From: Mytilus californianus
Lineage: Eukaryota
DNA length: 64,000 bases
Direction of reading: 5' to 3'
Assembly: GCF_021869535.1 (NCBI RefSeq)
Contig: NW_026262581.1
Span: 121,830,001 to 121,894,000 of the forward strand
Within the stretch, counting starts at the first letter, position 1. Each line of letters begins with the position of its first letter. The translations under genes were made by a program, and so were the position numbers. Positions 12,901 through 26,138 of the stretch are shown here, piece by piece. Below the pieces are notes generated by a model. That model did not search any database, had not been told where the DNA came from, and saw only the letters and a program-made list of their open reading frames with translations.

Positions 12901-15900
12901 GAATCGCATGAACTCCAAAATGAGCGAGATTTGAATTGTTGAAGGGTAAACGTCTCCGGATATGCATGCATTATCCGCCATGAGAATTCACACTCCGTCA
13001 AAAAGTTAAAAAAAATAATAAAAGATATAAGATATCTTGCAAATTAGATATTTCATAATGTATAATTGATACCTCATATTTTTTTTTCATTTTTCAAGTG
13101 TTTTATATATTTTATGAGATACGTGTATATCAAATATGATTAAACTCATCATAGATACCAGTATAAAAAAATATAACACAGGTAATATATCTAATAACAA
13201 AAGTAAAATATAAAGAAAAAAATATCTTATTTTCTTTAAAAGATTTGCATAATATATCTATGATATATTTTGAATAATTGATAAAGATCTTTGATAGAAT
13301 TTATATTATATCTTGTATATTTATTGAGATGTCGAATAAAGAAAAGTTTGTAAGATATCTTTTGTTTTTATAGGATATCTTATATAATTTAAAATTTACA
13401 ATTGTCTCATATAATAACTAGGATATCTTATAAAGGGAAGTTTATATGATGTCTTCTATTTTACAAGATATATTTTTAACTGTATTAATCTATTATAGGA
13501 TAGCTGATATCTTATTAAGTATATGAGATACCTTAAACTTAAATATGAATATGGCGTGCCATTTATCATACGGTGCTACGTGTGTGTACTTAGGAATACT
13601 TGTTTCATATTAAGAAATCTAGTCCCAGCTTTTTTAAAGAGGAAAAATATTGCATTGATTGTTAATATCTATGATATTATAAAACATATTTATGTATAAT
13701 TCTTAAAGATATTGTTGGCATTACTATTACTGATAAAAAATATATTTTATATTACGATCACTTATTAGTATCTTGGGCTTACTCTTGAATCCTGGATGAA
13801 AACAATAGAATACTGAACACTTGCCTGTAGTCAGATTGTGATTTTTTAGCTGTGATATTATAAATAAAACCAAATATATGATGGTTTATGAAAATAGGAT
13901 GGATTATTATAAGTTTATTTTGAACAAGTGATATGAAAAGTTATTGCTGAAAGTTGCCAGCTGTTTGTATTATGAAATATGATTTTCTTTACCAATTCTC
14001 CGATGATGGCCGATTTCAATTCCTAGATATAGAAATACACATTTGCCTTATTTTTGAATTTTTTTATATTTTTTTTTATTATCTTAGTTCTAATGTTTTG
14101 AGTAGCATGTTAATATTTTATTCGAAAATATTGTTTTGTTTATTAAACTAAAAGATATGATGCAGTTTGATTTGATTGTTTATATATTTATTTGTTTTAG
14201 TTCAATTTTTTACTCGACCTCGTCTCGTTACAATTTGTTTTGATTGTTATGTGATGCTACCACCTTTTTTACAATTGTCTCTTGCACTACTGTTGTTATC
14301 TTGTATATAAATGTTTTTGTCTTCCTGTTATATTCCTTGCCATTTCATTTTTTTATAACTTCCTATCGATGAAAACGTTATTTACACGTATTTCATTCAA
14401 AATGTAAATCAAGGATATATTAGGAAGGATAACTTCATTACTATTCAGTATGCATGAGCGAAAACGTTTTATCTATTGAATAGCGTGTCTTGTTGACGTT
14501 GTATACAGTCGTCCTTGTTAAGTTTTATGATGTTATTGTCCTACAGAACAGGACAGGAAAATTATCTTTTTCTCTCCAGTGTATTAAAATTCATTAATTC
14601 ACATCATTGTGTTTGTCTTTATGCGATTCTTACTCGACGGTAGATCAAGTTGCTCCAAACACCATACGTAGTAGCTATGCAATTACTAATTCACTCTTAA
14701 GAATCGCTCCTTGCTCAGTCTAACATAATACGATAACTAATTTTGTTACTCCTGGTTTTTTTCAAATCGTTATTGATTTGTAAATATTTCGATCAAAATG
14801 AACCAAGCATTGGGTCGAAAGTGACACTTTCACAATGACACTGCATGCTCTATTCGAAACCTGAAAATTTTTCTAAAGATGTTTTAATGTGACCCATTAC
14901 CTTCCATACCTGTTTTACTAATCGTTTGCAAGGCAACATATACATTCTCTTTGGATATATTGCAAAAAGTTCGTTTCTATCAGTAAATGTATATAAACAC
15001 AATGACGAGTTTTGCAAGTCAAATATTGTAATTATACAACTCGTACCCAAGGAACATCAAACATTTAATATTTGTATAAGCTCTTAAATGTCGAATTCTT
15101 CTAAACTGGACCATAAACCGGTGATACAATGTTATCAACCTAAGGAAACTAATAATGCGGATCACTTCAGGACCTTCGTACAACACTTAACGGTGCACAG
15201 ATAAGTTAATGTCTATAATTTACGGATAACAACATACTTAACAACTTGGAATCGTGTGAATACAAAGATTTTAATTGTTTTCAAATAAATTATCACGCTA
15301 AACAGATATTTCTTCACGGCACCATTAGTTAAACCTGTTGCCGTTTAAATTAAATACATAATGCCTATAAAATATGTCAAAAAAACAAATTATATGATGA
15401 TAAACATAAATTTTTCTAACTTGTATCATTATACATCCATTTCATGTTTTTTGTGTGTCATTTTCACAAATTTATTACAGATTGTGCAAAATATAACTTT
15501 AGTCTTTATAGACATTGTTATATTTCTATTAAAAAGTAAAAGTGTTAAAAGCCAATACACCTATGAAGTATGTTGCTTGTTCCACTGGTTCAGATATTCT
15601 TGAAAATAGATTTTTTTTACTGATAGCGCTCGTGAAAGTAAAGATGGCATTTTGGTTTCACGAGAATGTTGACAATCAACTTGACATTTCTGATTAGAAT
15701 TTAAAAAAAAAGTTTTAATGAAAAGTTTACAATTCATTTTTTTTTTGTATTCACATTAAGATATATACATAAATTAAAACACGTGTTTCGAAGGATAAAA
15801 TATTTGTGGTATAGGACAACCCTGTCAGATACATGTGAATATTTACCAAAAGTGACAGGGGAGTTTCTTCAGTTTAACAGCCATTATGTGAACATTATCA

Positions 15901-18249
15901 AACTGTATAAAAGTGTATAACATAACCAAATATTGTGATTGGTATACATATAACATCTTTTTCATTAAAATCAAACAAACTTTTTTTCTAGTACCAAATT
16001 GTAAATTCATTCTTAATTAGAAATTTTTACCTTGCATTATTATTAAATATTTATTATTGTTAAACTTAGTGTGTTTTATATATGTGAGTTTTTTACTATT
16101 ATTGAGTAACATTGTAATGAAAATACAAGTTAGGTCATTGAAGATTTATTCTAGACACATAAAAATTAATGAAAGAATAAATATTGCATTGTTGTTTATG
16201 CTCTCCTTTGGAAAATACATGATCGAATGTTCAACCGTTTCTTATGGAATAAACAACAAAAGTTGTCCTAAAATCAAATGTTAAAAACACTAAAACCAAA
16301 CCACTATCTGATTACATCTTCCAATGGATATTTTATTTTCGGTTATCGCTTAAAGATTCTCTCTCGTTCTCCTTTTATTTCTTTCTTTGATTATACGGAG
16401 ATTATTCTTTATTTGGTCAACAAAATACTGTTCATTTCTCATATTTTAATTGGTTAAATTTAATTATGACGTTTAATTCCTCATCCTTCTCCTTTTCTGA
16501 CCGGATTAACATGTCATCTTACTAGACTTCACCATAAAATATCGTGAGATATGACATTTCTCTACAATATTTCTTTCAACATCATTTTTGTAGAGTGGTT
16601 GTATTGTTGTGTAATGCAAACTAAGACCTTTAAATAGATCTGAGTGACCAAAATCTTCGATCTACTCTTTATAGGTGTTCCCTTAAATATGAACCATTTT
16701 AGTTCATTATAATCTAAAAAACCCACTACGATATGTAGAGAGAAACACCATTGGTGATTAAGTAGACCGATCTACAAACAAGACAAATGACCGAAATCGT
16801 CAATGAACTCCTTATAGGAGTTATTAGTCTTCTATGATGATTTTTACCGATGTGTTTGCGTTTTTTTTGTGAAACTTATGATAGATAAAGAGAAACTGTT
16901 ATCAGCCAAAATAATCCCAAAAATAAGATTTATTAATAATTCAACATGACCAGTCGGTCGTCTTCTTTAAGGAATTATTGCATTTTCATTTATTGTTTTT
17001 ATCCATCTTTGTGTTTTTTTGGCGAAAACTATTGTACACAGAAAGAAACTTTAAAAGAATAAAACATGGTCAACAAGAAATTGATTGATTGTTGGTAGCT
17101 TGAAGTCCATCGGTCAACAAGATGAGATCTGCAAATAAGTCAACATGGCTGAAATTTTTATCCAACAATTTAAAAGCTAAAAGTCGGCTGAAACTATTAA
17201 CAACAATTTTCAGAATTTACTCATTAGCTTGAAAACTATCTTGGATAGACCGAAACCTTTTCCAGCGAAAATAATTAGATAGACAAGAATTTTACTCGAA
17301 GTTTTCATTCACCGAACAAAATATTGTTATTGCATTGTTTCAATTGTATGCAAAAATGTCACGTTAGCAAATATATGCTTCTTTGAGCCTCTAGTTTCCT
17401 TTTCTATACATATTTCTCTCAGTATGATGTTTGCTTTGTCATTCTGTTGTTAGTGTAAAAGAGCAAAACACATGCCCGTTCATCAGCGAAAATCAACTAA
17501 AAATAATATAAAAATAAGAAAATGTGGCATGATTGCCAACGAGACAATAAACTCATTACAGTTATAATTTCTCATATGATTAATCTTCCTGGATTTAAAA
17601 ATAATGATACTATACATATTTTATATACCTTTCCAACCTCTTGACCTTTAGCTGGACAAAAATGTTCAGAACAGAAAAAATGATGTCACTAGACCACCTA
17701 CTTTATCTTTTTTTAATTTGAGAACCCAAAGTATAAGCAAACATCCTGTGTTGTGCAAGTTTGCCTTAAGTATCCCATTATGCCAGATTTAATCTCAAAG
17801 TCATGCTGTTTCAGATCTAACTGTAAACATCGTGCTATGTCATTTTTTTCTAGAATACTGCAATGCCACGTTGCGTACAGATAAATTAAGTAAAATTTAT
17901 CAAAAGCATTGGATTTTCTTAAAGATTCTGAATGGGTCGAACAAAAACATTTCTTGATACGACACATTTGCATGAAAAATTCTTCGATATATAATTTTAT
18001 AGTCAATGAGACAGATACCCAATGTTACAAATGTAAAAAAGGCCAACTTCAGCAATAGACAAGTGCCAATACAAATGCAAAACTGTAAATCGCAACTGTA
18101 TAGAAAAAGTGAAGACATTCATTAACAGAGACTATATACACATCTGCCATTAACACAAAATTCCTCAAAGGACAAAAGCAAATACCCCATATACACCACT
18201 TACACAGACTTGGGACAGACACATTAACTTTACGACATGCGAGATGATT

Positions 18250-18620
18250 TCTTTTAATTTTTTATTTTTGTAGCAACATTCTAGCAGCAACTACGTTTGG
18301 AGTATACACATTTTTGCAGGTCTTGTGTTGACTGTCATGATTTCTTTGATAGAGTGTTGGTGCTCGCAAGGAAATTTTGAACCAAGGGTTCTTAACGGCA
18401 AAGTTAAAGTCATCTTTTCGAAAATGAAACGAACATTACACGATGGGCACCACTAGCAGAGAGGGAACTCCTCATCTGTCCGGAACACCTGAGGTCGTCC
18501 CGCTTTTTGTTGGGGTTCATGTTGCTCGATCTTTAGTTTTCTTTGATTTTCTTTATATCGTTTTTCAAAAACTTGTAGTTTTCGATTGTCCTCCTTGTAT
18601 CCGTCCACTTTCTATCATAA
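18250..18620 (+). mobile_element. Decayed 3' fragment of a second Penelope-like RT family
   Basis: Broken frame reading ...SNILAA..FGVY / FFDRVLVLARKF*NQGFLTAKLKSSFRK, followed by a 'ccggaacacctgagg...ggggttcatgttgctcgatctttagttttct' tail. Several stops and indels. Confidence 0.45.
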
Positions 18621-21362
18621 GCTAAGACTAACCTAGTTATGTGAGTACTCAACCCTCCACTTTAAAAATCTTTCTTCGTGTACTTAAAAAATGTTATACA
18701 AAATGTCTGACTAAATGATATTTTGTCAGATTTTCCAAAAGAATCCACCCAGTTAGGATTCACGTACCATTTAAAACTTTTTTGAGATTTTACATAAAGA
18801 ATTCCGAGTTCAAGTAATAAGTTGAAAATAATGATTAAACTAAGTTTCTGACGAGCCTGGACAGGCGTTATGTATGTCATGGTTTAGTGACCTTTATATG
18901 ACACGTGTTCTATACTCTTTCAAATATATTTAAGACTAAAGAATTCAACTTGTTAACGGGTTTCAGTCATTCTATTTGATTAATACTTACATACCATTTC
19001 AGATTGAACAACTTCATAATGTTACAACAAACGATTAAAGTAATGGAGTTTTGTATGCGTTTTAGAAATAAAATGTCAATAAAATCAAGTAGACAGAATC
19101 GTTAACGTGCAAACTTATAAAAGTTTGATACAAGAAACAGACATGATGGTACAATCTAACAGCGTTAAACGATTACTAAGTGATGGAGACTATCACATTT
19201 GCATCCAAATGATTCCAATTTGTTATAGAAATTACTTGTTACAGTTTCTTTTCCAGAAAGACGGAGTCGATTTGTTGTTAGGAAGGATAAGATTGTAATT
19301 AAATTTTCAGAATTGATGAGATGGGCTTCTCTGAATAATGATTAAGTTTAAAAAAGCTATGGAATATTTCAAAACAATATCTTTAGGGATTTATTTCAAT
19401 TTTGTAAATGATTATTTAGATAATGTTTGATATAAGACAGTATCTCCGTTTATATCATCTTAGTTTTCTATATAGATGGCGATAAATTGAATATTAAGAT
19501 AACATGCCAAATAAGATAGATACAACTTCATGCTAACTGACATTAAATTCTTTGGTGATAAATGGAAGGAGATATTGTGGTAGAGACGAGCTTAATATGA
19601 AAATGGAAACCAGAACGTTTTTATTGATGCAGTGAAGCCAGAAAACGGTTCCGTTGCTTGAGGAACAAATTGATCAACGTTGATTAAGTTGTCTGCGTCA
19701 AATATCAAAGCAACAAACCTATAAATCAGAAGTCCGTCTAAGTAAAAATCTACACGCCATCTACTTCTTACATTTCACTGAATAACTCTCATTGATCTAC
19801 TGTCATATTTCAAGGCTAATCATATCAAAATCCGAAATTGCCGCAAATATTTTCTTATCAGGTTACCACTGTATATACACCAGAATACTGATAATCGGTC
19901 TAGAAAATTGTTGCAGACAAGAAAGTGTATATGAGGGAAATCAAAAAATCTATATACAAATAGTATCAATAAGAGGCAACGGTAGATTACCAATGTACAA
20001 ATTAAGGCGACAGTAGTTTACCGATGTTCAAATCTCGTAAATCGATTGGAAAAGACAAATTAAGGTAAAAAACAGAAACTGAAGAAAACTATTTAAAAAT
20101 TACACAAAAAGAGACAAATTTAGAAAGAATCGCATGAAATCCAAACGGACTAAGACCAAGTTTGTTGGGAAGGTAAGCACCACCCTCTGCCGCATGTGCA
20201 AAAACGTTTTCCACAACACGTTTGCGATCTTTAACTAATAGGAAATATTAAACTGACAGAAGAAAGAATGAAACTGAGATGAAGATTCTATAAATCCCTG
20301 CTTATTAGTTATCTTGTTGTTAAGTTACTAAGCAGGTTTTTAATGTGACAATGGCGTACACAATTGTAAACCTAGTATCTATGAGTGTTTACCACATAAG
20401 GTCAAGAAAGGCAAGTTGGTAGGTTTACTGATCTGTTTAAGTGTCTCTTTAACGACGCAGGGAAAGGGAAAGTAAGTTAATAGATGTATTGAGGAAGATT
20501 TTTATTGTGTTTTTTTTACGATCTAGAAAAGGAATTTGGATAATGCACTGGGGATGTTTTATTATGTCTTTAACAAGACTAAGAAAATCATATAGGAAGC
20601 AGAACAGAACAGATGTTTTCTTATTCGGTTTTCGCTATTTAAGATAGAGAAAAGTCAGGTTATACATTCCTCATGTTGTTTATGTTTGTTTTGTTTTTAT
20701 TCTGTTTGTTTGTGTGTTTTCATTCTTTGACAAAATTGTGTTTGGTGATGTTAGATCCGAAGTCCAGACAGTTGTTTCTACTAAATGATTGTTAACGGCT
20801 TGAAGTCCATGCATTTTATTTACTTTTTTTTATATTAGAATTATTTCATATTGCTGATGTTATACCAACTTTTAAGAATCTAATACTTCTCTGAATGTAG
20901 TGCTATAGAAAAGAATGCGAACGTGACGATTTAAGATATGTTTATCTTTAAAGTTCAGGTAATTTTTTGGACAATTAAGGAATGACATTGAGAAAAAACA
21001 TAATGTATATGGACATTCCAGCTAGTTCAGAGGTAACTTTCACTTTGGGATACAATTGCAGAGGATTGGTTGCCTTTCTGTATACTTTATTTGTACTAGT
21101 ATTCATCTTTAGAATGTATTTTTTTTATTCAATGATGATTAAATAATGGTAGAACTTTATTATTTATGTTGTATGCATGCTTAAGTAAAAGCTAGAGAAG
21201 TACGGAAAAGGTATATCCAAAATTGACGACGTTCTCAAAAGACTTAATGCGGGTATACAAAAAGAAATAAAATAATAAATAATGATTAAACGAAATGATT
21301 GAGAGTAACATTAAAATAGAAAAAAAAACAAAATTTCAAATAACCTTTGGTTACTTAACATA

Positions 21363-21722
21363 AAAAGGAGATGTGGTATGAGACAATTATCCACTAAAAC
21401 CAAATGATAAGGATGCAATCTACTTCAGGTCACCGTACGACCAGTAAAAATTAGCAGACAACATTCAATGAAGCTATAACTGCCCCCTGCGTAACAAAAT
21501 AATAAACAATCCAAAAGAGAAAACTAACGGTCTAGTTGGTATAAGTTGATAGCATCAAACGAAAAATAGCTTTAGCACATAGCGATTAACGACAACCATT
21601 GGCCTACGGGCTCCTGACTTTCGACAGGCACACAAAGAATGGTGCGAGATACGGTTAAACATATATGTGAGCGCACAACCCTTCCCTTACCTGCAACAGT
21701 AGTCAGTAGTGACCATCTTAAC
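21363..21722 (+). repeat. Abundant interspersed repeat, 'aagaagatgtggtatg...gagacaa' family
   Basis: Alignable by eye to 48314-48765, 53705-54198 and 27772-27830, and in reverse to 37195-37325, 49036-49395 and 60305-60390. Confidence 0.7.
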
Positions 21723-22860
21723 ATCGCAACATTAAAACATTAGATTTGTTTTTGCTATTTGCTTTCTGTATCCTTTAATTATATAGCTCTTTATGTATTG
21801 ATCCATCGTTGTCTGTGCTTACCAGATAAAGGAAAATCAAGAAATGTGCATTAAACATATAAAAACTGGTAAATATTACAAAACACAGATATAAACCTAA
21901 GTGGAAAAACTTAAATTCATTGGAAAACAAAGACGTAATAGGAGAATGATCAGCTACTAACCAACAGTGGAAGAACCAATTTATCAGTAGTAAACTATCA
22001 ATTACTTACAAAAAGTTGAAATACCAATCCTTCAGCACAATTTAAAATCCATTATTCAGCACAATGCTATGTGCTGACCAAAAGTTGAACCCATTATTGA
22101 CCAAAATGATATGTACCGATCAAAAGTTATAAGATATAAAACAGCCATATCCCCATTTATTCATAGAGGATGGTCTTGTACAAAATAAGAAAAATGGACA
22201 CACACACACATACATATTTTCTTGAGCAAAGGCATTTCATAGTTTTTCAACAAACGACTTCCAATGCTTCTGTTTCCATGACAAGAAAATTACAGGGATT
22301 GTGTTATACCTCAATGAATGTATCAATTCTGAAAGCGTTATAGTTATGAGGATCAGCAAGTAAAGAAGTGCATGATTTTGATTTTAGTGCTTTGTAAATG
22401 TTTTGCTGTAAATTGGAGCTGTAAAATATGCACCGTTAAATTTATAGAAGATACTGATGGTCAATAAGTTGTAAGATAGTTTGTCGTATCGGGCTGATCT
22501 GCAGCATACTCTTGTGATAACTAAGACACTTGAAATGTTTGGTTTATTATTGTTTATTTTTTTAAATATATCATATTTTTTCCGCAAATACACATAATGG
22601 ATTCTGACACAGCATTATACAGGTGTGAAATCGACCCCCTTTCTATGCTCTTTTTTCTGTTTCTGTTCAGTAATTGAACAAAATTTGACCGTTTCAAGTC
22701 TGTCAGTCAGTCAGTCCGAGATGGTTTTTGTGTCATGGAAAAGTATGTGTGTTTTTAAGTATCGAAATCTAGTTAGTGGAAATCGGCACACAATCTCAGT
22801 ATTCTTTCCTTTGTTTTATGGGAAAATTCATCAAAGATACCTAGTTTATTATTTGGTACA

Positions 22861-22898
22861 TCAGACGCGCGTTTCGTTCAAATCAGATTCATCAGTGG
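22861..22898 (-). ncRNA. Hammerhead motif with intact catalytic boxes
   Basis: Minus strand CCA-CTGATGA-atc(tgatttg)aac-GAAA-CGCGCG-TC-TGA. Core and stem III are intact; stem II is poorly paired. Confidence 0.65.
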
Positions 22899-23947
22899 CG
22901 TTCGAATCAAAACAGTTGGTAAGTCCAATCAAATACGAAATTGAAGAAATTTTAAAACAACACAACTTAAGAGAATTGTTAATTGTAAATTCACTATGAC
23001 AATAAAATAAGTAGTAATGTTTTGCTTTGGTTTGATCTTGTCGAAATTTGATGAATTTTTTTTCTTGAGTGTAAAAATCGTATTACCCGTACTAAAGAAT
23101 TGGGAAACAGTTTTTGTATGTCGAATTGAAAACATGTTTAAAAACAAAAGTGTTTTTGATAAAAATAAGATTAAGCGCCTAATTAATGAACAGACTTATC
23201 ACAAAGTTTGCATTAAATGTAGACAATTTGTTGACTGGTTACCTTTAATCTTACCACCCTCAAGGTTGGTATTAGAAATATGATCGCCTGAACTTCTATC
23301 CGGCAATATAGCTTAAGATGGATATCCGTTTGGTTGATACGCGGTCACACCCGGTCGTTATGAGACGTTAATTCCGTTGCCTAGTATGGAGAGAGTGTCA
23401 ACCTATCTGATATTTGAAGATGTTGAAAGATGCCTTTACCATTATGAAGGTACAATATGTTTGAAGGTAAATTAGTCATTGAAGTTTGCCGTACCGGCTG
23501 GCCTGCAGCGTTCTCTTTGGATAAAGTTGAGACACTTAAAATGTTTTGTTCAATTTTGTTTTTGCAAGATTCGTTTTTGATATACATGTATATATTATAG
23601 TTGCTGTTTTACAGCATAACTGTATATATATATATTTCGCAGTTGCGCATAATAGAATTCTGAAGCAACATTGTTCATATGTGAAATTGTCCCCCTCTAT
23701 ACTCTGTTTCTGTTTCTATTCAGCAATTGGACAAAATTTTACGATTTTCATTCCGTCAGTCTAAGACGTCTTAGTGTCACAAAGAGAAAGTTTGGACTTT
23801 TACTTAACGGAAATCGATACTCACTTTCGTTAATATATCTCCAATACGAAACCAATCGTCTTTGTTTTATGTAAGTTTAACACTTTAATAATTTCGATTC
23901 AGAGTTTTGAGCGCATATGAATCTACACCTTCGAATATTCTTATATA

Positions 23948-25253
23948 TAAAGGCAACAGTAGTATACCGCTGTTCAATAGTCATAATTCGATTAAGCAAA
24001 AACAAATCCGGGTAACAAACAAAAACCGAGGGAAACACATCAACTATAAGAGGAATCCTATAATGTTATGCTGTAAAACAGCAACTATGCACTTTGGATT
24101 GATACATAATCAAACCTTAGCCCCTTTAAATGGTTGCCAAAACCCAATAGAGATGCAGCAAAAAAAAAGATTATACAGTGCTACTTATATACAAAGGGAG
24201 ATAACTCTATTCTATATTCACTATTTCTATATGCCAAATAACATTAAAACGCAATAAATAAACTGAACAAAGAGGGTCGTCAATGATAAAAGTCAAGGTA
24301 TAAATGATACAAACATGGAACTATCAGTTCGTTTTTTGGCAAATAAAAATTCATTTGACCACTAGTTAAATGTTATGTGTTCAGTAAGTGTACATTACAA
24401 CTTTGCCAGCAATATTTATCTTTAAATGGCAACAGCATAAAGCCGTTTAGAAATATGATATCTAAAATTGATTTTAGAAATTTTCTGTTTTATTATCATT
24501 AAGTGGATTTTGGGTCATTTTAGAAAAGACTCTTTCAGAGATTGGTTCAGATGCTACGTTGACGGTAGATACGAATCAGAAGATTTGGGAGAGACCCCAT
24601 TATTGGTTTCTAAACCTTTATTTCCTTTTTTTCTAGCTGTCAATTTAAACGTTTGATACAATTTTAGTAGACAGGACAATGTTCTGGAATAAACTTCATC
24701 AGGTGAGCTTAACCATGAATTTCGGACGCCAAATAAATAAAACATTTAAATAAAAGCAACAGTAGTATACCGCTGTTAAATAGTCATAATTCAATTAAGC
24801 AAAAACAAATCCGGGTAACAAGCTAAACCCAAGGGAAACACATCAACTATAAGAGGAAAACAAAGGAACAACAGAAACACTGAGCTACAACAAAAGCAAA
24901 CGCCAACATACATAGAAACGGACTGTAGATAACAACTGCCATATTCCTGACTTGGTACAGGAAAAGCATCACTGCACCGTTTCAGAATCTATTGCATTCT
25001 GTGTAATATTTTATAAGCGTACATCAAAATTCCACCAATTTCATGATGTTATTTTCATTTTGGGATACAAACAATGGTATAAATAAACACAACAGTAGTT
25101 TACACTGTTCAATAGTCATGAGTCGAATAAGGGAAAACAAATCCGGGTCATAAACCAAAACCGAACAACAGAAACACTGAACTGCTACAAAAACAAACGC
25201 CAACATACATAGAGATGGATTATTTGATAACAACTGCCATATTCCTGACTTGT
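23948..25253 (+). repeat. Three clustered copies of the 'aaggcaacagtagtataccgctgtt...aaatccgggt' interspersed repeat
   Basis: Copies at 23948-24055, 24751-24962 and 25085-25253; further copies near 12817 and 20003. Confidence 0.7.
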
Positions 25254-26100
25254 ATAACCTATAGCCCTTTAGAGTCTGAATAGTTGATTTAAACAATCAT
25301 TTGTAACATAAAACTCCAGAGAAGTGACCAAGTTGTAGCATTTATACAGTATACGCTAATGACATATAAATAGTTATGTTTATACTTTTTGGGGTTGTAA
25401 TTTCTGATCATCCCGAGTCTATAACACTGAATAAATCAAGCAGAAACAATCAAATATCTGCCAAATTCTAAATAAGGAAAAACATTAAGATATGACATAC
25501 AACAGTTACTGACGAGATTAATGACTTCGAACAGGAACATAAAAATGGGGCGGGGTTAGTTTTTTTATATCTCAACCCTCTTCCTTCAAACCTTGATTAA
25601 AAGATTAATTAAATATACAAAAAAGAACGTAAAAACCAGTGCAGGAAAAGCACTTAACTCTAAAATAAAGATATGATAGCTAACAAAGTATATACTATAA
25701 AAGAATGCAATTACTGAAAATAAGCTCAAATTACTTAACCTGCTGACAAGAAATCAAGCAATCTTACACTTAATTAATATACTTCATTTCATTGAGCAAG
25801 GTCATAAATAGTTCAGGAAGAGACATGATATTGTGCAATGCTCAAAACAAACTACTGATATACAGAAAAAACAAAAAAGTGTAAAGTTCTTTTTGGTGAT
25901 TGTCTTTTCATTTCCCTGTCCTCAAACATGATTTTTGTATGCCTCGTCTTGAAACTTTTTACTTTTCTTGCTTACCTTTAATAAAAAAAAAATATCAGTT
26001 CAATCCTATATTGCCTAATTACTATTTTTTTCCAAAAAGTTCAACGACATTGTATCTTTTATAAATATTATCAGGTTTTTTTTTATTTTCTCATGACATG

Positions 26101-26138
26101 TGGTGGAGGTTTCGTCCCTGAGGGCATCATCAGCCCAG
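26101..26138 (-). ncRNA. Variant minimal hammerhead motif (second family)
   Basis: Minus strand CTGGG-CTGATGA-tGCCC(tca)GGGAC-GAAA-CCTC-CACCA. Confidence 0.5.
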
